Assembly: GCA_964510585.1 (NCBI GenBank)
Contig: CAZECW010000173.1
Span: forward strand, 1 to 32,000
Length of the DNA stretch: 32,000 bases
From: an uncultured archaeon
GTDB taxonomy: Archaea > Asgardarchaeota > Jordiarchaeia > Jordiarchaeales > Jordiarchaeaceae
Direction: 5' to 3'
Both the position numbers and the translations under genes were made by a program. Within the stretch, counting starts at the first letter, position 1; each line of letters begins with the position of its first letter. A model generated the notes under the pieces. It searched no databases. It saw only the letters and a list, made by a program, of their open reading frames with translations, and was not told the origin of the DNA. Below, in pieces: positions 1-6,526 of the stretch.

Positions 1-72
1 TAGGATGATGTTGGGCAGAGAACCGACAGGGATGAAGCCGTAATCTGTGGGAGGTACTGTTGTTTGCGTCAT
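1..72 (-). CDS. 5' end of a hypothetical gene running off the window edge (MTQTTVPPTDYGFIPVGSLPNIIL...)
   Basis: ATG at 72 on the minus strand, preceded by GGTGAT (complement of 81-86) as an SD-like site 8 nt upstream. The frame is open to the window edge. Only 24 codons are visible. Confidence 0.4.
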   Translation of the reverse strand, partial: MTQTTVPPTDYGFIPVGSLPNIIL

Positions 73-252
73 AGACGCGTATCACCTTTTTGGTATAACG
101 GTACCTCCCTCCCGTACAAATTTCTTTCCATTAACCCCCCATTTTTTTACAAAAATTCACTAACGAGGAACATAGTGTCGGCAACCAGTCCAAGAAATTT
201 TATATATGTTAACGCATTTTATAGTTTAAATCAAACATTTAGAGGAAATAAG

Positions 253-780
253 ATGTCCACATTAAAGAGAAGGGTTTTCAAATTTTTAAAATGGATGGCT
301 ATAGTTGCAGGATTAGGTTCAACAGCTTTCGGTCTTCTTCTAGGTTATAATGCCGCCCAATTGCTACAGGTTATTCCAACTTTGAATTACCAATTTGCCC
401 TGTCACCCAGTGCCCCCAAAACTCTATATTACGGTGGATTTGGCTATGATTTCAATTTAGTTGGGTATTACCAAGCAGCATTTCCCAATGGAACAGTAAT
501 TGATAGTAACACGGACTATATACTTTGGCCTTATGAGTTAACTTTACCTTTGAAATCAACTGATCCTATGCGAATTTTATTGGGATTATACGCCAATACC
601 TTCTTCTTAGATGTAAATTTGGTTATACCCTGGGAGGCTGTACAATGGGCAAAAGACAACGGCCAACCCCTATATTTAACTGCAGTCTTTATCATTTGGT
701 TCAATCTTCCCATTGACGGCTTCAACCTAATTATGACGCCGACCACACTATTTTACAGCAGCCCCCAATATGTTCCATGA
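253..780 (+). CDS. Hypothetical membrane-anchored protein (N-terminal TM helix, beta-rich remainder), 175 aa
   Basis: ORF 64..780 trimmed to ATG 253, which follows AGAGGA and an AT-rich promoter-like tract near 199-206. Basic N-terminus followed by hydrophobic WMAIVAGLGSTAFGLLLGY. Confidence 0.8.
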   Translation: MSTLKRRVFKFLKWMAIVAGLGSTAFGLLLGYNAAQLLQVIPTLNYQFALSPSAPKTLYYGGFGYDFNLVGYYQAAFPNGTVIDSNTDYILWPYELTLPLKSTDPMRILLGLYANTFFLDVNLVIPWEAVQWAKDNGQPLYLTAVFIIWFNLPIDGFNLIMTPTTLFYSSPQYVP

Positions 781-798
781 TAAAAGGAGGAATGAACA

Positions 799-1311
799 AT
801 GTCGTTCATTAAAACTATATTAACAAACCCCCTCTACAGCGGAATAGCATATGCAATAGAATATTTTGTATTCTTCTCCATCGTGCCCATAGTAACATTT
901 TCCATCTTAGACACTTATGGCTTCTTCATCCAGCAGAAGGACCCAGTTATGCTAATAATATTTGGAAGTATAATATCGACATTTATCTTCTTTCAGAAAG
1001 CCTTGCGCAGAAGCCACTTCAGATTAAGTGGGGCTTGCGGAATTGTAAGATACTTCGTTTCACTGATTTGGGTTTTCATAATCGCCAACATGGTAAGAGT
1101 TATATGGGTTTATGGCTCCATCTATCAAACCTTATGGGGCTCTACATTGTGGGCTTCTGTCGACTACAGCTTCGTAATCGGACTAGTTTTAATAGTGTTC
1201 GTGATTAGATTCATTAGGTACGGCTACCAGATTATATTCGCCAAGGACCTCAAGGGAGAACCAGGAGTAGAAACATTAGAAGAAGAAATAAGAAGAGAAG
1301 TTGAAGACTAA
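799..1311 (+). CDS. Hypothetical integral membrane protein, about 4 TM helices, 170 aa
   Basis: AAGGAGG SD before ATG 799, four hydrophobic segments, acidic C-terminal tail. It lies 18 nt after the previous gene, so the two are probably co-transcribed. Confidence 0.85.
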   Translation: MSFIKTILTNPLYSGIAYAIEYFVFFSIVPIVTFSILDTYGFFIQQKDPVMLIIFGSIISTFIFFQKALRRSHFRLSGACGIVRYFVSLIWVFIIANMVRVIWVYGSIYQTLWGSTLWASVDYSFVIGLVLIVFVIRFIRYGYQIIFAKDLKGEPGVETLEEEIRREVED

Positions 1312-1325
1312 GCACGACCCACCAA

Positions 1326-1345
1326 TTTTTCCCCTTTTATTTTTT
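1326..1345 (+). terminator. Oligo-T tract, probable archaeal terminator of the 253-1311 unit
   Basis: TTTTTCCCCTTTTATTTTTT about 15 nt after the stop codon. Confidence 0.4.
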
Positions 1346-1388
1346 GAATATGTAATGCGATAGGTGTCAGTGGGAAAAGTGGGAATTA

Positions 1389-1402
1389 GTAAACTTTTTA
1401 TA
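1389..1402 (+). promoter_or_regulatory. Candidate BRE/TATA promoter for the AbrB-GTPase gene
   Basis: GTAAAC followed by TTTTTATA, ending about 33 nt upstream of ATG 1435. This spacing fits an archaeal promoter with a short leader. Confidence 0.4.
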
Positions 1403-1434
1403 TTCTCGCAATATCCACTTAATAGGGAAAGCCA

Positions 1435-2130
1435 ATGAAACTCCTAGGCGTAGCAAGAATAAGCGACAAGAATCGGATAACCCTCTCAAAAGAAGTAAGA
1501 AACAAGTTGAAAGCGGGCTCCGGAGACCTACTCCTATTCTTTGAAGATGATTCTGGAAACGTTTTAATCTGCACCGAGAACACACTACCCTCGGGCAAAT
1601 CAGATGTAGAAGTCCTCAAACTATTAGTAACAGGCCCCTATAACGCAGGAAAAAGCACCATCGTTTCCAACCTTTCAAGAAAAGCCACAAGCATAGACGC
1701 ATTACAAACAACTGTTGGCTTCGATTTCGGCAGAAAGTACGATGAGATTAATGTTTTTGACCTTCACATCTTTGGAACTCCTGGACATACACGCTTTGCC
1801 TTTATGCAAGAGATTCTAGCCAAGGGGAGCGCTGGGGTTCTTCTTGTGGTAGACAGCACAAATCCTGAAACCTTTAGTTTAGCGCGAGACATCCTATATC
1901 GAGTAAAGAGGGAAATAAGCGAGAACGTACCTGTAGTTATTCTCGCCAACAAGCAAGATCTTGAGGGAGCGATGAAGCCAGAAGATGTAGCCAAACAGCT
2001 GAGCATTGGAATGGACATACCAGTTGTGGGAACCGTGGCGACTCAAAACCAAGGTCTGAGAGAAGCTTTACAATTAATACTAAAACAAATAAGTAAAATG
2101 AGAGGCAAAGAGAGGCCTAATATTAGCTGA
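1435..2130 (+). CDS. AbrB/MazE/SpoVT-type DNA-binding domain fused to an MglA/CvnD-like small GTPase, 231 aa
   Basis: N-terminus VARISDKNRITLSKEVRNKLKAGSGDLLLFFEDDSGNVLI fits the swapped-hairpin AbrB pattern. C-terminus has G1 GPYNAGKS, switch TTVGFDFG, G3-like FGTPGHTRFAFM, G4 NKQD and G5-like TVAT. Confidence 0.88.
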   Translation: MKLLGVARISDKNRITLSKEVRNKLKAGSGDLLLFFEDDSGNVLICTENTLPSGKSDVEVLKLLVTGPYNAGKSTIVSNLSRKATSIDALQTTVGFDFGRKYDEINVFDLHIFGTPGHTRFAFMQEILAKGSAGVLLVVDSTNPETFSLARDILYRVKREISENVPVVILANKQDLEGAMKPEDVAKQLSIGMDIPVVGTVATQNQGLREALQLILKQISKMRGKERPNIS

Positions 2131-2237
2131 ACCTTTTTTCACCCTATGCTTTCCAGATAAATAAGTATGTTGCAATGGGTTCTCTGCACTTGTTTCCCAG
2201 AGTCTGTTTGACTCCGTGTCGGTTTATTTCTTGATTG

Positions 2238-2486
2238 TTATGTTTTTATTGCGGTTTTTTGTATGATAGTTTGGTTAGGTATTTTTTCCTTTTTTGGTTT
2301 CCAAGTCCATACCACTTCTGCTGAAACATCACAGTCTTGGCAAGTGTAGACTGTCTTTGCTACATAGATTGAGCCCCCGTCCGCCTTACTCATCCAAGCG
2401 TCCGTCTTATCCTTTAGGGCCATTGGTGCTCCACAACTTGGGCACCATACACTTTCGAATTGTAGATTTTCACATTTTATTTTCAT
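2238..2486 (-). CDS. Small zinc-ribbon protein (CPSC...CQDC), 82 aa
   Basis: ORF 2238..2579 trimmed to ATG 2486, which overlaps the end of the upstream gene by 17 nt. Two CxxC knuckles. Confidence 0.6.
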   Translation of the reverse strand: MKIKCENLQFESVWCPSCGAPMALKDKTDAWMSKADGGSIYVAKTVYTCQDCDVSAEVVWTWKPKKEKIPNQTIIQKTAIKT

Positions 2487-2859
2487 TTTTCTCATCATCC
2501 TTAAAGTATATGATTTTATAGAGCCAGCCTTTTTTTGGCAAACTGTTGCTTTTCTCGTTAAGCCCACTAAAAACATCATAATGTTTCTTTATCGCCTTCT
2601 GCCACTCCTCCAAAGTATCGAAACCGCTATCCTTAAGGTACCACACAAGATCTTTTTGGGGATTTATTTCTCCTATCTCCTCAACGATGACATTTATCTT
2701 ATTAGGAGTATTATGGAGGAGATTTCCGTTTTTGAATATGCAACCGCTGCCAAACCAGTTTTCTATTCCAGTCCTGCGATTCATCCTAAAGGTATAAACT
2801 ACACCTTTTTTCAACAGGCGTTTCATCGCCTTTTCATCCAGAACCATAACTATTCCCAT
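2470..2859 (-). CDS. Probable ASCH/PUA-like domain protein, 129 aa
   Basis: N-terminal KGVVYTFR (GxKxxTxR-like), C-terminal DSGFDTLEEWQKAIKKHY helix and a final GWLYKI strand are characteristic of the ASCH fold. Recognised by pattern only. Confidence 0.65.
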   Translation of the reverse strand: MGIVMVLDEKAMKRLLKKGVVYTFRMNRRTGIENWFGSGCIFKNGNLLHNTPNKINVIVEEIGEINPQKDLVWYLKDSGFDTLEEWQKAIKKHYDVFSGLNEKSNSLPKKGWLYKIIYFKDDEKNENKM

Positions 2860-3005
2860 AAGTTACAGCCCTCCCACAGGAAGCCATTAAGAGAGAGCGA
2901 AAACTTCTCAAGAGTAAAAACTGGTGTTCCAAAAGAAAGAAGATAAAAGGGAGACCTAATAGTGAGTTTTGATGTTTTGGTGTTTATTTTGATTTTTGAC
3001 TCCAC
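2850..3005 (-). CDS. Possible 51-aa ORF (VESKIKINTKTSK...GCNLWE), not in the supplied ORF track
   Basis: GTG at 3005, open frame to TAG at 2850-2852, overlapping the ASCH start by 10 nt. No recognisable motif. Confidence 0.3.
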   Translation of the reverse strand: MESKIKINTKTSKLTIRSPFYLLSFGTPVFTLEKFSLSLNGFLWEGCNLWE

Positions 3006-3206
3006 CTCTTCTTTTCTATATATATCAATATAGTTCCAATAAATAATATAATATATATTAACTATATAAAAATAATGTTCAAATTAGCAGCCAAAAGGCA
3101 TCTAATTATTACACTTTTTGAAAAACAATTGAAAAGTAGAAGCGACCAAAAATTGTTAATAAGCCAAGCGGAATTTTAAAAATCTTGGAAGCGGCTACTT
3201 TTTTGA

Positions 3207-4241
3207 TCATAAACCCAGTGCCCTTTTTATAATCTTGACTATTTCCAGTATAGACGCTTTTTCCAACTCTGAAGAATTTAATAGTCCATCCTGGGAGATT
3301 ATTAGAGGGACTTTCATCTCTTCTTCTGTGATTCCGCCGTGGCTTCCCTTTATTTTCATATCTCCTAGCTCGTAGCCCTTCTCGGCGGTTACAACTAGGT
3401 CACCGCTTCGGGGATGCGAAAATTTTAATTCGGAAATTCGTTTGCCATCCATAACCTCTAGAATACCTTTCGTTTCACTTAGAAGCTTGTACACCTCATC
3501 GATTTGTTTTGGGGAATTTATGTATATGTGGCTGGTTCTGTGTGAGGGCAGAGAGATAGCGTCTAGCTTTTTGTTTTTCAGTAATTTATTTAGTTGTATT
3601 TGTTTTTGGCCTTCTGTCATGCCGTGATCAGCGGAAACGATCATGCAGATTTCTTGGTCTAGCGATTTGTACTCCTCGAAGGTTTTCTCTAGAATGTTAT
3701 CTACTTCTTCTATAATTTTTAGGACTTCTCTGCTTTTTGGTCCGTAGCTTTCGCCGAAGCTGTCTACTGCGGGGAAATTGGCTATTATCAGGTCAGGCTC
3801 TTCTCTCCTTATCAGCTTTATGGATTCTTCAAAAACTTTACTGTTCTGACTGGAAACTGGAAAACTTTGAATGTGTTTTTTTGAAATAATGTGTTTCGCC
3901 CCTTTAGTGACTGGTTCCCCTATGGCTGCTGTTTTAAATCCTGCAGCTTGAGCTTCCTCGAAAATGGTTGCAGCTTCCAGGCAAAGGTTTGGATCGTAAA
4001 AATCAAAATTTCTTGTTTCCCTAGTTTCCCTATCGTAGAACTGGTTTCCTATTATGCCGTGCTCTCCGGGATATACTCCAGTAATTATGGATGTGTGCCC
4101 AGTGTAGGTTGCTGTGGGGAATACTGCGTGGCAGGATAGGGTGGATGCTCCCCTATTTGATAATTTATCTAGGAATAGTGTTTTGGCGTTTATTATCCAA
4201 TTAATATTGCATCCATCAAGAATTGCGAGGAATACTTTCAT
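3207..4241 (-). CDS. Alkaline phosphatase superfamily, nucleotide pyrophosphatase/phosphodiesterase (NPP-like), no signal peptide, 344 aa
   Basis: Motifs ILDG, FPTATYTGH (Thr nucleophile), HGIIGN, SADHGM and GSHGG. DSFGE stands in place of DxxGH. Confidence 0.9.
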   Translation of the reverse strand: MKVFLAILDGCNINWIINAKTLFLDKLSNRGASTLSCHAVFPTATYTGHTSIITGVYPGEHGIIGNQFYDRETRETRNFDFYDPNLCLEAATIFEEAQAAGFKTAAIGEPVTKGAKHIISKKHIQSFPVSSQNSKVFEESIKLIRREEPDLIIANFPAVDSFGESYGPKSREVLKIIEEVDNILEKTFEEYKSLDQEICMIVSADHGMTEGQKQIQLNKLLKNKKLDAISLPSHRTSHIYINSPKQIDEVYKLLSETKGILEVMDGKRISELKFSHPRSGDLVVTAEKGYELGDMKIKGSHGGITEEEMKVPLIISQDGLLNSSELEKASILEIVKIIKRALGL

Positions 4242-4303
4242 TTTTTTTCATCCGGTGAGGCTTGTTCACTAGGTTTAAATTAATAGTGGTGGGAACTGCT
4301 AAT

Positions 4304-5521
4304 ATGTATTTTCAGGATGTTATACATGGTAAAATTAGGGTTAATGAACTGGAGCAGAAACTTCTAGGCACCAGTGTGATGAAGTCCCTTTCAGGAAAGA
4401 TGGATATAGGTAATATTAACCTAGTTTATCCTGGCGCGAGGCATACACGTCTAGAACATAGCTTAGGAACACTACATGTTGCCAACCGGATTTGCGACAT
4501 ACTATTAAAAAAAGGCTATGAGATTGGGGAGGAGGTGGAGAGTATTAGGCTTTCAGCTCTTCTCCACGATGTGGGTCACGGTCCCTTTTCTCACGGATCA
4601 GAGATTATTCTTCAAGAAAAAACAGGCCTCACACATGAGGAAATGAGTAAGGAAATAGTTATGGACGAAAAATCGGAGATAAATGAGGTGCTCAGAGACT
4701 CAGGATTAAGTAAAAGGTTAATCAGCGAGATAGCGAACAACATTTTGGGAGTGAATAGGAGAAGACCGTTCATAGGAGAAATCATTCATTGGATTGTGGA
4801 CGCAGACAAACTGGACTATCTACCTAGGGACTCCCTCTCCACAGGATTTTTACCTTACCTAGTTCAGAGCTCACACATAATCGATTCTATGAAAATTCTA
4901 GACGAACACATAGTTTTTGAGAAAAGCGTGGTTCCCTACTTGGACTCCATGGTTTTCGCAGAAGCCATTTACTACAAAAATATTCACCACCACCCCACAG
5001 TAAGAAAAGCGGATCAAACCCTATCCAGGGCCATAAAGATCGCGGTTGAAAAGGGGATAACAACAATATTTGAAATCCAAAAAATGACTGACGAACAAAT
5101 AATTTCCTTCCTAAAAAAGGCGGGAGGAACCATTACCCAACTAACATCCAAAATACAGTATAAACCGTTAGACACCATCCTAACTATAAAATGGGAGGAA
5201 CTTGATAAGGATATAGTAAAACAATTATTAGAAGTAGCCAAAGACAAACAGGAAAAAGAAAACATAGAGAAGAGTATAGCTGAACACATAAACAGCGACC
5301 CCAACCTCACTATACTAGACATACCTGAACTCCCAAGCATCCAAGAAGCAAATACACCCATAATGCTCAATGATGAGAAAAAATCTCTCCGAGACATTTC
5401 AAGCATAACCAGAGCAATAAGCGAAAATCAACCCACCCAATGGACCCTACACATTTACTCAGAAAAAGCACCTAAAGAAAGCCTAGATAGCTTTCGAAAA
5501 TTCTTCTTATCACAGATTTAA
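4304..5521 (+). CDS. HD-domain phosphohydrolase, SAMHD1/YdhJ-like dNTPase family, 405 aa
   Basis: Motifs DVIHG, VYPGARHTRLEHSLG, LLHDVGHGPFSH, THE and DADKLDYLPRD. Start trimmed to ATG 4304. Confidence 0.92.
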   Translation: MYFQDVIHGKIRVNELEQKLLGTSVMKSLSGKMDIGNINLVYPGARHTRLEHSLGTLHVANRICDILLKKGYEIGEEVESIRLSALLHDVGHGPFSHGSEIILQEKTGLTHEEMSKEIVMDEKSEINEVLRDSGLSKRLISEIANNILGVNRRRPFIGEIIHWIVDADKLDYLPRDSLSTGFLPYLVQSSHIIDSMKILDEHIVFEKSVVPYLDSMVFAEAIYYKNIHHHPTVRKADQTLSRAIKIAVEKGITTIFEIQKMTDEQIISFLKKAGGTITQLTSKIQYKPLDTILTIKWEELDKDIVKQLLEVAKDKQEKENIEKSIAEHINSDPNLTILDIPELPSIQEANTPIMLNDEKKSLRDISSITRAISENQPTQWTLHIYSEKAPKESLDSFRKFFLSQI

Positions 5522-5915
5522 AAAAACCTACAACAAGAGACAATTAGGAAAACAACCTCTCCCCAAATTTCTGTAAAAGTCGGATTCAGTAAATAATTTT
5601 CCTGTACAATTCCCTTACCAAAAATCGCATACCTAGGATCCCAACACTAATTGGGAATTATCAATATTTCTTTTAAACAGTGTTCTAGGGAATGCTGTTC
5701 GGTGCCAGCCAACCTAATGATGCGAACAGGACTATTATAGCAAATTCGTAAATAATATTAGGAACACAATTGTAGCCTTGCCCACCCGACTAATTTGAAT
5801 CAAGAAAAACTTTGTTTAAGAAAGTTTTAAATTTTTCAAAACGGTAAGAATCATAAGAATGCGACTGAAGGATAATATCACAATAGAGCCAAATCATAAG
5901 GAGAAGTGTAGTACT

Positions 5916-6443
5916 ATGTCTGGAGATTACGATTATCTCTTCAAAATCATAGTAATCGGTGACGGAGCCGTCGGAAAGACAAGTTTGACTGTCCGCTTTT
6001 CGCAGGGATACTTCAAGGAAGATTACAAGATGACCATAGGCGTTGATTTTGCTGTGAAGACGGTTAGTGTTAATACGAATAATGGTCTTAAGACGGCTAA
6101 GTTGCAGATTTGGGATACTGGCGGTCAGGAGAGGTTTTCTTATATTCGTCCATTGTATTATCGTGGCGCTATGGGTGGATTGTTGGTTTATGATGTAACT
6201 AAGCGGGAGTCTTTTGAACATTTGGAGAATTGGTTAGAAGAAGTTGGCAAGCACTGTCCTTCTATCCCTATGGTTATGGTTGGTAACAAAACAGATATGC
6301 CGGGTAGAGCGGTTTCTCTAGAGGAGGCTTTGGAGTACGCAATTAATCATAATATGGTATATTTTGAGACTAGTGCAAAGGAGGGCACCAATGTGGAGGC
6401 CGCATTTGGAGATCTTACTAGAATTCTGATTGATTACACTTAG
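5916..6443 (+). CDS. Rab-like small GTPase (eukaryotic signature protein type), 175 aa, no C-terminal prenylation cysteines
   Basis: DYDYLFKII, GDGAVGKT, TIGVDF, KLQIWDTGGQERF, YYRGA, LVYDVT, GNKTD and ETSAK give all G boxes plus RabF motifs. ATG 5916 follows AGGAG. Confidence 0.95.
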   Translation: MSGDYDYLFKIIVIGDGAVGKTSLTVRFSQGYFKEDYKMTIGVDFAVKTVSVNTNNGLKTAKLQIWDTGGQERFSYIRPLYYRGAMGGLLVYDVTKRESFEHLENWLEEVGKHCPSIPMVMVGNKTDMPGRAVSLEEALEYAINHNMVYFETSAKEGTNVEAAFGDLTRILIDYT

Positions 6444-6526
6444 TCTTTGCGACTGTTTTTCTTTTTTTGGTTATATTCCTTTACAAAAATCATTGACGCG
6501 AAGGCTGCCGACCTTCGCGGGAAGTA

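Noticed and set aside
64-252. N-terminal extension of ORF 64..780
   Set aside because: It spans a divergent-promoter-like AT-rich region and overlaps the minus-strand start at 72. ATG 253 has an SD.
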